From Lama guanicoe (taxonomy: Eukaryota), in assembly GCA_013239625.1 (NCBI GenBank), contig MU054212.1, positions 1,426,001-1,490,000 on the forward strand: a stretch of 64,000 nucleotides of DNA, in the 5' to 3' direction. Below the pieces are notes generated by a model, which was not told where the DNA came from, did no database searches, and saw only the letters and a list, made by a program, of their open reading frames with translations. Below are positions 37,476 to 50,849 of this stretch, piece by piece. Within the stretch, counting starts at the first letter, position 1, and each line of letters starts with the position of its first letter. Position numbers and translations under genes: made by a program.

Positions 37476-40400
37476 AGTTTGATTAATTATCTAAATCCCA
37501 TCAGAGAAACCTAAAATCCTAGTAGCGAGGAAGTTTAGCTTAGTGAATAATATCCTATGTGTGTGATTTCTTAAAAAGAAAGTATTTATGAAATAAAAAT
37601 TGACCACCCATTTAAATCAGCAGCAACTAATTTTCAACACTGGAATCAGTAAGCATTTCCTTCCACCACTTCACCTTCAGCAGTCTTTCTCCACTTGCTC
37701 TATAGTGTAAACTATGAGGGCTGTAATGATTTTGCTTAAGGCTTTATATCAATGACTAAAAATAAACTTGGCTTTGTGTATGGATAGAGCATTATAGCCT
37801 CTGTATAATTGAGGTTCTTGAATAGCTGGAGAGCCTGAGCTTTCCAGTTAGGTTACTTACTCAGGTTTACCACGTAACTGCAAAGCATTACCTCCTTTTT
37901 ATGCTTTACAAAAGTCACAGGTATAATCATAGAGACACCATACAGAAGTATCAGTCAGTTTGTCATTTCAGTTTTTCTTTCGTTGAGAACAAATAATTAG
38001 CCCTGAATGTGTTCACATTCTGTGATTCTGATTTATATAGTCCCCAATTAGTGCCCCATTTAATCTGCTCACCTGTTGTCACTTTATTCTGAATTTCATG
38101 GCTCTGTTGTTTTAAACTCTTTTTTGCATACATTTTCTGAGTAAGACTGATTACTGCAACCCCTTCGTTTTGGGGAACTTGGAACACTGCCACAATGTCT
38201 GAATTGCCTGGATAAAGAAAAGTATGTTCTGTAATTATTTTATTCTCTGCCCAGCATGTGATTTGTTATTGATGACACATACATAGGGTGCTTTCTCCAT
38301 TAGGCTGGCTGATCCCTCTACTATGGTATTAATGTCACTGTCACTCTGCTCGAAGCTATAGTTTGTTAGGCAACTCTAGCATGGGGAAATGAGCATGTAC
38401 TTTTTAATGTGTCTGAAATAGCTACACACTGACAGATGTTCCCACATGCTTGCTGATGTCATGACTGGGGCTCATATAAAGCCTGGGAAATTAAAAGAAA
38501 GAAGAAAATGTTAGTTGAGGCTCCAGAAGGAGAGATTATAGGGGCAGACAACAGGAAATTTTGAAAAAGGAAAGCTCACCAATATATTAACTTTCCTTTT
38601 AGGTCTAGTGCTTCCCCCCCCCCCCAAATAGGGATGCATTCATGACTCAATCTGTTAAATGTGAGAAAATTCAGTATTAAGAACTATTCTTTCATGTGCT
38701 CACTTACAAAGTAAAACAAGCATACAAACAAACAAAAAAACCCCAAATAAATTAAGATGGTCTTTTCCCCAGTCCACCAAAAAATGCATATCATGGTGTT
38801 TACTTGGTAGACCAGTTATTTTAAAAACTGGGTTTCAAGGAAAAAGTCACTCTCTGGCAGAGACCTTACATGACAAGTTCTGTTCCACAGTGGATTAAAA
38901 TGGTTGAGGGGAGATGCTAACACAACTTCAACTACAGCAGTGTGAACACACCACTGTAATAATTCATTTAGAATGATGACACCTGAGACCTAATTTAAAA
39001 GTCCTAGATGAATACCAGTCTCACATTCAACCCTGAGGGCTGCTGCAAACATACCTAAGGAAGTCTAAGAACCATAGTGAGTCTAATTGAATTGGACTTA
39101 AACGGACCATTGAGATGGCCTCACTGAGCTCTGGGGAATTCATATTGTCTATACTGTATCAGAATCACAGCTTGAACTGAATAACTGGTTACATTCAATC
39201 ATGTTACTGTAACTCATGCTTGAGGTAAAGGGGAAACCTTTTGCTATCAGCAAGACTGGATGGAAAACAATTTCAAATCACTTTAAACCCAGTTGGCAAC
39301 TACTTTGCCAATTATGGAATCCAGTGGGAAAGGTGTGTGCGAGGGCTCAGGACTAAATGATTTATGTCAGGCATCTGGGCCTCCCGAGGAATACGGGAGA
39401 GTGTGTGGAGGAGGGGTGTGTGGCTAATTATTTCTCCTAAGAATACTTTGGCGAGGTAATTTGTGCTTGCAGATGAGTCGCACTGCAGGCTGGATAAAAG
39501 ACGAGGTAAGCACACAAAGTCCTGAGATCCCATTTAGAGGTGGATAAAGAGGGAACCGAAGGATTCAATACACTTTCTCATCTCTTCACTCTGAAACATT
39601 TGGAGATATAAAATAGAAAGAGCAAACCTAGTTCTCCGTTGTAACGGGCACATTGGGATCAAAGTCTGTAATTTGTACTGCAGATGTTGTACGGGCTGTT
39701 TTCTAAAACAGAGTTACTGGCACAGATGACATACTATATAACTCATTGGATGAGCAAGTGTGAATCCGGGGCCCTTTACAATGACCCTCTTTGCTTTTTT
39801 TTTTAAGTTCTAATATATTTTTAGTAAGTTTGGTTGTAGAGATGAAAATTCCTATACTACCCAGTGTTTTTTAAAGAAGAATGTCACCATTCTCTGGGAT
39901 TCATGGATGAAACTGTCCAGCTGAGAAGTAATCTTGAAAGTTACTCCGAGTGTTTTGAGTTCCCCTAGCCCACCCCAAACAAAAATAAAAGTGATGATAG
40001 AATTCCACTATGGTAGTTTACAGTGGAGACACACAGGCTTATTGAATTGTATCTTCAGATCCTTTCATTATCTTAAGTATTTTAAAGGTGATTTTAATAA
40101 TCTGAAAGAGATAATTAACACTATTATTATATTAAATTCAGCACTGGGGCTCTTGTTAAAACCTCATGTGAGTGTGTTGGTACAAGGCTGGCACTCCTGC
40201 TTTCTTATCTTTTCTCTCTTTTAGCAGCTGCCTACCATCATTACAGTTAATATAGTGGATTAAACTTCTGGGCTAGCTGGTGGCTCTGAGTATCTCTCTA
40301 ATGGTTTCCATTGTGCACATCCCTAGAAAACACTTCTGACCAATGAACCCCTCACTGCAAATGACACAGGCAAGCTTCACTGAAAATGACACCACTGGAG

Positions 40401-41049
40401 GGAAGCTTGCACTCATTTGGGATGTTTCCTCACTGGGGAAAGAGGGCCATTTCAACAGTTACACCAACACGATACTGTCATGTGGCATTTACTTTTCTAA
40501 GGCACTGAACAAGGCAGTGGGGGTAGTTTGTGCCTCCTACATGCTAACAGTGTCCTTACCTGTGTGATGTCCAAATAAGAATCCCAGCATGTCCATAAGA
40601 GACAGAAATAGCAATCTTCCTAATTCATCCTCATACAGAAAGGAGAAGGTGGATATCAGACAATCTAAACTAAACCATGATCCATGTCTGGAATCAATCA
40701 AAAATTGTGACAGATGGGAGTTCTGTACTGTCAGAAGAGGGGAAGTTTGCATGGGAAGAACCCCAGGACTGCTCATTGGGAAAGCTGGATTCTAATTCTT
40801 GGCTGCAACCAAAGATGCATGGTGGTGTTGGGTGAGCTTCTTCAGCTCTCTGGGTTCCCTCCAGGTTCTTTTAACACAAGGGAGGTAGACCAGTTGGTTA
40901 AACCTAATTTAACAATTGTTCAGTTTGTGCCAAGATTTGTACTAAGTAATGGGAAGGGTATGAGAATAAATTAGATACAGTTTAATGTCCTTTTGGATTT
41001 TATAGGATAGCAAGTTATAGTAATATTAAAAAAATAGTTTTGAGGTGAT

Positions 41050-41445
41050 GCAGTTTAGGAAATGGGAAGTGTGTGGTGCTATGGAAAGACAGGACCAAGT
41101 TTGAAGAGTCAGGGAAAGCTTCTTGAGGAAAGTCGTGTAGGTTGAGGTTGAAGATAAGGAAATTGTAGACCAAAGGATGAGGAGGCGCTGGTAAGGAAAA
41201 GATAGGGGTGGGATGACATAGAGAAGCATATCAGACAGACAGACTGCATTTGTGCAGGCTCTGCACAACAAAGAGGTTGGACTGGATTATAGAACATGAA
41301 GGAAAATGTAGGCCAGGTGGAGGTTACACATGTTGTGTGCAGCATTTTGACCTTGTCCCAAGGGCAATGGGAAGCCATTGAAGGGTATCCTGCTGTAGTG
41401 GAGATGATGTCTGATGCCACTATTCTGGCACTTTCCACATGGCTG
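41050..41445 (-). mobile_element. L2 LINE fragment
   Basis: agtcagggaaagcttcttgaggaa...gttgaagataag...ttgtcccaagggcaatgggaagccattgaaggg. Confidence 0.75.
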
Positions 41446-41891
41446 TAGGACCTCTTTAAGATTCATCAGAGAGATTCAATATTCAGGTGCAATTCAGACA
41501 AGAGACACAAAGCAAAAATTCACTTCTTGTCTGCAGCTTGTTGAAACCTGGTATGTAAAGACATATTTTATGTATTCAGATTAGATTGGATGCCTTTGAC
41601 CATGGCCTCCAGATCTGAAATTAATCTGGGCCAGACTCTTCAGTTCTCTGTTAGGCTTACCTGGAGGTTTTCAAAGAAAGAAGAGGGTGTGTTATATGTC
41701 TCGGACTCCTTGCCAAGTAAGAAGACAGGAGTTAGAGCCCTTCACAACATCAGCCTTTTCTTGACCACATCCCTTATGGTAAGACTTTCTGAGTCTTGCA
41801 TGTGCAGTTGCTCTATCCACTTGTGGGGTGCAAAGGCATCTGACAGCAATGGGGCCTCATTCAGGGGAACCTAGAGTAGGTGGGTGGATAG

Positions 41892-42125
41892 CAATAACAT
41901 TATTTATGGAATGCTGCTGGGTGAAGGTGTTTTACATCCCTTTTCCCATTTGTCTCAAAACCCTGTGAGCTAAGTAAGACAGGTGTGCTCACTTTAGACG
42001 TGAAGAAATGGGGGCTTGGTAACATAGGCTTCCCGTCTGCATTACACAGCTAGTAAATGGCAGAGCTGGGAATCAAATCTGACATTACAAACGCCAAGAT
42101 CCAGGCTTTTTAAACACCCAAATGC
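41892..42125 (-). mobile_element. MIR SINE
   Basis: aataacattatttatggaatg...caaaaccctgtgag...cacagctagtaaatggcagagctgggaatcaaat. Confidence 0.75.
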
Positions 42126-43256
42126 TGCCTTCTATGGAAGCTTCTGCTATATATTTGGGGGTGAGAGAGGGGCAAATTTTAACCTCTCAATATGTTCACA
42201 ACTCTTTTCTCTTTTTGAGTGAATGTACGTACAATAAACCCCATTGCCGTGGTGCAGTCATCAATCTCTGTGGCAGGACAAGGTGGAATGTAGGTCTTCA
42301 GGTGGTCCTGGCATGGCGGATGCCTATTTGCGCTCACTTGTCTCCACACAGGCAGCACCAAGAGCTCAGGTTGATTTCTGCAGCATCTGTGCAGAGTGTT
42401 AATTGTCCTCTGCCCCTCAGGAGAGAGGGGCTGTGTGGATGCTTCAGGAATTGTCCTTGTCTTTCAGGAAGAATATTAGTTACATCTTTATTTAGATAAG
42501 GTACCACCTGCATTTGGAATCTATTCATTCTCTGGTCTCTAAAGATAACAGCAGAGGTGGGGATCACAAAAACCCTCACTTTTGAAGGAAAAGTGCAGAG
42601 GGAGAAAAAAAAAATCTCTGAAATAATCAAGATAAGGGTCATTTTCCAGTATGGGTGTACTCTCCTAAGGAAGGCTATAGGCCCTGCTTAAATAAAACAA
42701 AAATGGGAAAAATGAACTGCTGAATATTCCTTGTTCTGTGGAGTTATTGTTACCATTTTCCTTTCAAGCAAATATACAAAGTGATTTGAAATAAAAGCAA
42801 ATGTGGTGTGCAGTGCTGAAGTTCCTTTAAAGTTTTCAGTTCTTTGTGGCTTTTGTACTAATTTTTTTTGATAGAACAGCACCCAGACATCAAACAGGAG
42901 AGCTATGCATTCAGAGCCTGAATGATGCATTACTGTGACGTTGTAAAAGATGTAGATTCTCTAAAACACATGTAATAAAGATGAAATGTTTAATTTTTTG
43001 GCAGAATCAATATGATAACCTTTTTAGGTGGTAGATTATTCTGAAACGATTTTTTGTTTTACAAAAAGATACCCATATCCAGGATCCAAGAAACAGTTTT
43101 GTGATATGCCAATGTTGGGTCAATAGTCTAATCTGAGAGTGTTTTCCCCTGATGTTTCAACCATACTAATGTTACCTGGGAGGGTTGAATAGGTTGCATT
43201 ATGTAATAGAAAGCCCAACTTTAAGCTGCGATGAAAAGTTCATTCTATTAGATCAG

Positions 43257-43284
43257 AGAAACATCAGACAAGAAACATCAGACA
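43257..43284 (+). repeat. 14-bp exact tandem duplication
   Basis: agaaacatcagaca twice. Confidence 0.9.
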
Positions 43285-44949
43285 CTTTGGATTCTACATG
43301 TAATCATTTTCTCTGGATTAATAAATGGGACTTCCGCTATTAGTAGAGTGTACAGGCCTATCTGAGGGGTCCTGACATTTCTCCCACAAGGGTTAGCTGC
43401 AGGCATCTTTTGCTGTATATATATTTCAAGCTTATTTAAATATATATATATTTAAAGGAATTAAATTTGTCATGGCAATTCATGAATTCATTAGCAGAAC
43501 TTGATATGTCAGATAATTTGGATGGCACATTATAAAACAGAGAGTGGAGTTGGAGGGAATAGGACAGTGAGCTTGGATGGGGGAAGACAGAGGGAAAGGT
43601 TGGATACCAGGGACAATGTGCCTGGGGGCTCTTCCTTCCTTCTTTCCTTCCCTTACTCCTTCCCCTCTCTCTCTTCCTTCCTCGCTCCTTTTGGCTCCCC
43701 CGCCAGTTATGCATTCATCCCACACCCATGAAATGTGACCAGGTGTGATGCTGAGCACTGAAAGTACACAGGTTGACTAAGTCAGAGTCAGCCCTCTGAG
43801 CAGCCTCAGTCAAGCACCACAGGGACTAGCTAGGAAAGAATGACCACACTGAGAGCCCAGGGTGCTGTGGAAGCCAGAGGAACCTGCCATCTCCCCTGGT
43901 CCTCCCAGGAGAAGGCTGCCTGTTTATACCAGCCTGGGCCATCTCCTGGGAATGGGAGCACATGGATTGAACTCGGGAGAGGGAGGAGCTCCAAGGTCAA
44001 ATGCGCCCCATTCAGAAAAGGCCACCCACCTGGAAACAGGCCACTTCCCAGCTGTGTGATCTCGGCCATGTGATGTCAACTCCTGGGTCCTATTGTGTCC
44101 ATCAGTACATTGAAGGCCTTTTGTAGGTTTTCTGCCCGGACTTTTTCCATCTTCTGGGATTTAGAGTGGGTGTAGTGGGGTGTTCACCCCCGTAATCACA
44201 CTACCTCAGAATCTAGTACTTTGGGAACTTTTTTGGCAGTAGTTTGAAAATCTCGCTTGTTGAAACCCAGTTTCACAATTTCCTTGCTTCACTTTGCAAA
44301 GAGCCAGGGCATTTTGTTTGCTACCCACTGCTTAATTGTGGTAACTGTCAGCACAATTAAGATCTTATTGAGGAAGAAAAGGCTTTGATCACCTTTAACA
44401 ACTCTTGGAAATCCCTCTAACTGCCTCTGCTAATTCTCACCTCTTTTAATAGTGTGGGTATGTTCAGTCACCCCTGTCCCACCCTCTCACAGTCCCTGCC
44501 TATGGTTCCCCAGGCAGAGATGTTCGCTGGCTTAATTACCTTGGAAGCTATTGTTAAAATAATATCTGCAATATCAATAGCATTGGGTTTCCAAGTGCAG
44601 CTTGTGGGGAGTGAGCAGTGCTGTGAGAGCATAATTTGGAGCCTCATTCCCAGCCCAGAGTAGGGGCTTCCTTCCACCTGGTGTGGTGGAGACAGTGGGG
44701 TGAGAGCCCGACTCTGTTTCACAGTCCAGGGAGCACCAGTGAAAATGGTGGGGCTGGAGGCTAGGATGGGGAAGGAACAGGACCTATCCAGATTCTTACG
44801 GTTCTTCCAGGGGCATGGAAGAGATTTGCCCATTTAATGTCAAGCCAGGGGTGCTCCTTGTAAGGGTGTAACAAACACTCATGCTTAGCCATCCTCACTC
44901 CCTCTGTGTCTGACTGAGTGGGTGTTTTAAAACATAGTGTGTTAATAGA

Positions 44950-45455
44950 AAATGTGAGGTATAGTTAGATCAACAGATCAGGGACAGCTGACCTTGAGGA
45001 GATAGTTTTTTACTCACAGTTCCCAAGGAGAGGGGCCACACCACAGCATGGTGGGCTGCAAGGAGTCGGGGCAGAGGGAGGGAGAGGAACTGTGGGCAGG
45101 AGTTGCTTGGTTTCCACTGAAAGGAATGGTGAAGCAGAGTGAGGAAGCTTAGAACTGGCTCATGTGAACCATTTCAGTGAACTCTGGGGTTGTCCCTGAC
45201 TGTTTGGTAGCTGGCCCTGGAGTGATTAGTGATTAGGGCAGGTCGATAGTAGCCAGGAGTGTGAGAGCTGATAAAGGAAGTGGTTAGGGTGTGGGCTATG
45301 GATTTCTTGGTTTGAATCTGAAAAACACACTCATGGATAAGTTATTTATTATATCTAGGAATAGGCTAATCCTGGGAGTGGCAGACCCTCCGGGGTCAGC
45401 CAGGCTCCAGATGTCAAAGCATCAAAATACAGAAAATAAAAGGCATGGTCTATGT
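44950..45455 (-). mobile_element. ERVL-class solo LTR (MER74/MER73-like)
   Basis: Reverse complement starts accatgccttttattttctgtattttgatgctttgacatctggagcctggctgaccccggaggg, matching my recollection of the MER74-group 5' end; subfamily uncertain. Confidence 0.7.
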
Positions 45456-45575
45456 GTGGGGACATCATGGCCTGTACAGAGCACCAGGCTGAGGTCTTAG
45501 GAGTCATTACTTCTTCCTTCCCTTTCCTTCCCACGCCCAATCCCTTATCCAGGACCATTCTACTTCCAGTATACA

Positions 45576-47666
45576 ATTTTTTTAACATTTTTTATTGAGT
45601 TATAGTCATTTTACAATTTTGTGTCAATTTCCAATGTAAAGCACAATTTTTCAGTTATAGATGAACATAATACATTCATTGTCACATTATTTTTTCGCTG
45701 TGAGCTACCACAAGATCTTGCACACACTTCCCTGTGCTACACAGTATAATCTTGTTTATCTATTCTACATATGCCTGTCAGTATCTATAAATTTTGAACT
45801 CCGATTCTGTCCCTTCCCACCTCCCTCCCCCTTGGCAACCAGAAGTTTGTATTCTATGTCTGTGAGTCTGCTTCTGTTTTCTATTTATGTTCTTTTTTTT
45901 TTTTTTAAAGATTCCACATATGAGCGATCTCATATGGTATTTTTCTTTCTCTTTCTGGCTTACTTCACTTAGAATGACATTCTCCAGGGACATCCATATT
46001 GCTGCAAATGGTGTTATGTTGTCATTTTTTATGGCTGAATAGTATTCTGTTGTGTAAATATACCACATCTTCTTTATCCAGTCATCTGTTGATGGACATT
46101 TAGGCTGTTTCCATGTCTTGGCTATTGTAAATAGTGCTGCTAGAACATTGGGGTACAGGTGTCTTTCTGAAGTAGGGTTCCTTCTGGATGTATGCCCGGG
46201 AGCGGGATTCCTGGGTCATGTAGTAAATCTATTCCAAGTCTTTTGAGGGATCTCCATACTGTTTTCCACAGTGGCTGTACCAAACTGCATCCCCCCCAGC
46301 AGTGTAGGAGGGTTCCCTTTTCTCCACAGCCTCTCCAGCATTTGTCATTTGTGGATTTTTGAATGACGGCCATTCTGACTGGTGTGAGGTGATACCTCAT
46401 TGTAGTTTTGATTTGCATTTCTCTGATAATTGGTGATATTGAGCATTTTTTCATGTGCCTATTGATCATTTGTATTTCTTCCTTGGAGAATTGCTTATTT
46501 AGGTCTTCTGCCCATTTTTGGATTGGGTTGTTTGATTGTTTCTTATTAAGTTGTATGAGCTGCTTATATATTCTGGAGATAAGCCTTTGTTAGTTTCATC
46601 TTTTGCAAAAATTTTCTCCCATTCTGTCAGTTGTTGTTTTGTTTTACTTATGGTTTCCTTTGCTGTGCAGAAGTTTGTAAGTTTAATTAGATCCCATTTG
46701 TTTATTCTTGCTTTTATTTCTATTGCTTGGGTCGACTGCCCTAGAAGAACATTTTTGAGATGTATGTGAGATAATGTTTTGCCTATATTTTCTTCTAGGA
46801 GGTTTATTGTATCTTGTCTTATGTTTAAGTCTTTGATCCATTTTGAGATGGTTTTTGTGTATGGTGTAAGGGAGTATTCTAGCTTCATTGATTTACATGC
46901 TGCTGTCCAGTTTTCCCAACACCATTTGCTGAAGAGACTGTCTTGATTCCATTGTATATTCTTGCCTCCTTTGAAGATAAGTTGACCAAAAGTTTGTGGG
47001 TTCATTTCTGGGCTCTCTATTCTGTTCCATTGTCCATATGTCTGTTTTTGTACCAATACCATGCTGTTTTGATTACTGTAGCTCTATAGTATTATCTTAA
47101 GTCTGAGAGAGTTATTCCTCCAGCCTCTTTCTTTTTCTTCAGTAATGCTTTGGCAATTCTAGGTCTTTTGTGGTTCCATATAAATTTTATTATAATTTGT
47201 TCTAGTTCTCTGAAATATGTCCTGAATAATTTGATAGGGATTGCATTAAATATGTTGCCTTGGGCAGTATGACCATTTTAACAATAATAATAATGATTCT
47301 TCCAATCCAGGAGCATGGGATATCTTTCCATTTTTTAAAGTCGTCTTTAATTTCCTTCATCGGTGTTTTATAGTTCTCCATGTATAAGTCTTTCACCTCC
47401 TTGGTTAGATTTATTCCTAGGTATTTTATTACTTTGGGTGCTTTTTTAAAGGGGATTGTTTCTTTACTTTCTTTTTCTGTTGATTCATCATTAGTGTAAA
47501 GAAATGCAACTGATTTTTGTACGTTAATCTTGTAACCTGCTACCTTGCTGAATTCTTTGATTAGTTCTAATAGTTTTCGTGTGGACCTTTTAGGGTTTTT
47601 TATATATAGTATCATGTCATCTGCATATAGTGACAATTTTACCTCTTATTTTCCAATTTGGATCCC
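45576..47666 (-). mobile_element. Relatively young 5'-truncated LINE-1 (2.1 kb) with disrupted ORF2 (RT to Cys-rich C-terminus) and 3' UTR
   Basis: ORFs 47202..47636 ([12 protein letters not shown] motif), 46499..47062 (QWNRIESPE, FSKWCWENW) and 46140..46469 ([15 protein letters not shown]). AATAAA and A-rich tail at the left end. Exact 11-bp TSD tccagtataca at 45565-45575 and 47667-47677. Confidence 0.98.
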
Positions 47667-48207
47667 TCCAGTATACATTTTGAATCAGTTCCTACTCTCC
47701 ATCTCCATTGCTCCCACCTGATCCAAGTTGCCAGCATCCCTCATCTGGGGTCAACACTTACCAACTAGTTTCTTGGCTTCTACTTTCACCCCTCTGTTAA
47801 TCTCCACTCAGCAGCTGGAGGGATTTTACAGATCAGAGCTTATCACTCTGCACATCACCTTGCTCAAAACCGTCTGGTAGCCTCCCATTGCATTTAGAAT
47901 GAAATCCGAACTCATTTCCATGGCCCACCAAGCCCTGCTTGCTCTGTTCCCTACCCACTGTCTCTCCCACATCCTCCTATGCTCCAGCCTCACAACCTGC
48001 AACACATTATGCACCCTCAGCCTTCTTCTGTTCCCCTGGTGGCTCCTCCGTCTTCAGATTTCAGCCTAAATGGTAGTTCCTTATAGAAACTGATCACTTC
48101 ATCTACTTGATACCTAAATACCTCTGCCAATATGTTTCTCAGACCAGCATGTCTACTTATCACTAATTGTAACGACTAACTGACTGGTGTTTATTTATTT
48201 TCTGGAC

Positions 48208-48470
48208 CAGCCTAGGGGTTAGAAGCTTAGTTCTGGAGTTGGAGTATCATGATTGAAGTCTGCACACTGTTTATCCCTCTTTGACTTCAGGCTAGCTTAT
48301 TTAACCTCTGTGAGCCTCAGTGTTTCCATCAGTAAAATGGGCATAATAAGAGTACCTAGAGGGTCCCCATGTTAAGAGTACTTATAAGGAAGTATTTGTG
48401 AGAATGACACGAAATGGTCTATGTAATGTGCATAACACTCAGAATGTTATGAAGATGAGCTATTATCATC
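48208..48470 (+). mobile_element. MIR SINE nested in L2
   Basis: ttatttaacctctgtgagcctcagtgtttccatcagtaaaatggg. Confidence 0.8.
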
Positions 48471-48729
48471 GAGATCAAAGCTTCATGAAGAAAAGGAATA
48501 TTTTTTGCTCACTTTTGCCTCCCCAGTCCTTCAGACTTCCTGGCTCATGGAGGGCTCCAATAAACATTTGCTGAATGATTGATCTGGGGCCCTCTTTGGT
48601 AGTGTTTGGCTCAGGTACAATCATGGGTCCGTTATCTCAGCAGGATGAATTTTCCTTGCTAAATGAGAGAGCACTGAAAGGGGCCTATCATCAGCATCCT
48701 CTATCCAGGACAAGCCCCTATTCCAAACC

Positions 48730-48880
48730 TCAGGAGACTTGGCTTCTGTTTTTGATCTGCCCCTGAACACCTGTGCTTCCTTAGAAAGGTCACCTGATAA
48801 ACTCTCTGCACTTCAGCTTTCCAGTGTGCAAAACAATGGATTGGACCAGATGACTTTTAAGACCACTTCCAATCTTGATA
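48730..48880 (+). mobile_element. MIR/MIR3 fragment
   Basis: ggagacttggcttctg...actctctgcacttcagctttcc...ttggaccagatgacttttaagacc. Confidence 0.6.
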
Positions 48881-48899
48881 CCTTTTCCCTTTTGAAAAG

Positions 48900-49365
48900 A
48901 AACACTTTCTTGAGATATGTCACATACTATAAAGTTTACCCAAAGTATACAATTTACCATTTTTTAGTATATTCATGGAATTGTGCAGTAATCACCATAA
49001 TCTGAGTATTTTTATCACCACAAAAAGGAACCCCACACCCATTAGCAGTCACACTCCTTACCATCCCCCACCATCCCAGCTCCTGGCAATCACTAATTTA
49101 TTTTCTGTTTCTATAGATTTGCCTATTCTGGACATTTCATAAGTGGAATCATACATTATGTAATCTTTTGTGACTGGCTTCTTTCATGTAATATGGGTTA
49201 AGGGTTCATCTGTGTTGTAGCATGTATCATTAATTTATTCCTTTTTATTCCTAAATAATATTCCATTGCATGTATCATAATTTACTTACCCATTCATCAA
49301 CTGGGTTGTTTCCAGTTACTGGCTATTATCAATAATGCTGCTATGAACATAAGTCATGTACAAGT
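48900..49365 (-). mobile_element. L1MB-like LINE-1 3' end
   Basis: aaggaaccccacacccattagcagtcactc-like stretch; tctatagatttgcctattctggacatttcataagtggaatcatac; aataatgctgctatgaacat. Confidence 0.9.
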
Positions 49366-49879
49366 CTGTAAATATTTTAAAGATCTTAATCAAGCTAAAA
49401 CCTGTTAAGTAAAATCATTGTTTATCATGGAACACATCCTTCATAAATACCTGGAAGCCAGGTTCAAATAGAGAATTTCAGAGCTCTTCAGAGTAGTGGT
49501 GTGAGGAAATACAGCCTCTTAGCCTGCTCTCTTTTTCGTTCTTCCTAACTTTGACCCAAATAGAGAGGCCTAAAGTTCAGCTCTTGTGTTTGGATACCCC
49601 AGCCAAGCCTTCAAGCTTTATTTGCACGCTCTTGTAAACAGCCACTCTTTGGTTATCATCAGGGCCTGAGGTGTGCACACTGTGGTGGGGTATGGTCTTC
49701 CCAGCAGAGGAGGAGAATGTGCTGCCCCAGAAGTGGACTTGGGAGGATATTTGGGCTGGGAATTCTGTGGTCCTGGGCACCCTGAGAGTGATCCAGCAGT
49801 GAAAGAGTGGGAGTGAGCCCTAAAGCACAGGGCTCAGGGCAAGAGTAGTACTGAACACCCAGCATATGTTAAAGATAAC

Positions 49880-50080
49880 TTTAAGGACATGATATTATAG
49901 TCCTATGATTATTAGGAATCTTTATCAGTAATGGATGCCAAATGTTGTCAAGTGTATTTTCAGAATTCATGAAATAATTATCATTTTTTCTTTTGTTCTA
50001 TTAAAATGGTTTATTACATTAATACATCTCCTATATTGAAGCATCCTTTAAATCTCACTTGGCTTTGGTACATTTTAATA
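49880..50080 (-). mobile_element. Ancient L1 ORF2 fragment
   Basis: aatggatgccaaatgttgtcaagtgtattttc...ctattaaaatggtttattacattaat...tattgaagcatcctt. Confidence 0.5.
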
Positions 50081-50849
50081 TTAATTTCGTAAAGCTACAT
50101 TTAAAAGGAATTAAATTGAAATATAACAAAACTACCTCAAAAATTTAAGACAACAAAGGTAAAACATCTGTGGGAAAGTTATTTCAGTTATTATGATAGC
50201 TGAATTTGGTATATTATTGAAATATGCCAATACTTGTGACATAGGATATAGATTGTTTACAATCAACATATCACTCGTGATACAGTGTCTGTAGAAACAG
50301 GTTCTGTGGATGATAGCAGGGCAAGATCAAACTCTTTGATCAAATTCATATCATTTCCATTTTAATGTAATAAAACCACAGGGAGTAATGCCAGTAACGG
50401 TCGTACACTTTTTGTCCTCTTCTTGTAGTACAGTACTGAAATCCTACTTTTTGTGCCTGGAGGTTAGTGGATATGTATTTATGTATTAGTTTGTTGGAGT
50501 TCCAGGAAAGAGCAATTCTGAATCTGTTTATAGCTTATAAATATCAGAATATTAGATCATTTTAAGATGGTGAAATATTTAAATATCATAACACACTTAG
50601 GCCATAATTGAATAATCAGAAATTTCAACCTACTTTCTCCCTTCTACACCTGAAACCATCATTTCATCCTGTAGTGAAAGAAATACTGTGTTTATAGTTC
50701 TTAACTGTAGCAGTTTAGCTGCTGCTTATATTTATTTTCTAATTGGATAAAAAACAAATAGAAGAGGTTACTTTAACTATTGTTATGATGAATTTATTTA
50801 TCTTTATTGTCAATTGAAAAAATAATTTACTCTAAATTAGGTGGTTTCT

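Larger units (their letters stand above)
45485..48580 (+). mobile_element. L2 LINE 3' region, split by an L1 (45576-47666) and a MIR (about 48210-48470)
   Basis: cttaggagtcatt...ttctacttccagtataca joins across the L1 to ttttgaatcagttcctactctccatctccattgct; ends gctccaataaacatttgctgaatga (L2 tail). Confidence 0.85.

Noticed and set aside
42468..42500. 33-nt AG...GT segment as a coding exon
   Set aside because: Stop codons occur in all three frames and the donor (gtacca) is weak.
43540..43700. Purine-rich then pyrimidine-rich stretch as a hairpin or miRNA precursor
   Set aside because: Complementarity is only low-complexity (GGAA/TTCC) and no extended specific stem is visible.
46140..47636. 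Longest ORFs, with an RT YADD motif, as a gene or novel reverse-transcriptase system
   Set aside because: They are frameshifted ORF2 pieces of a 5'-truncated LINE-1 that lacks the promoter, ORF1 and endonuclease.
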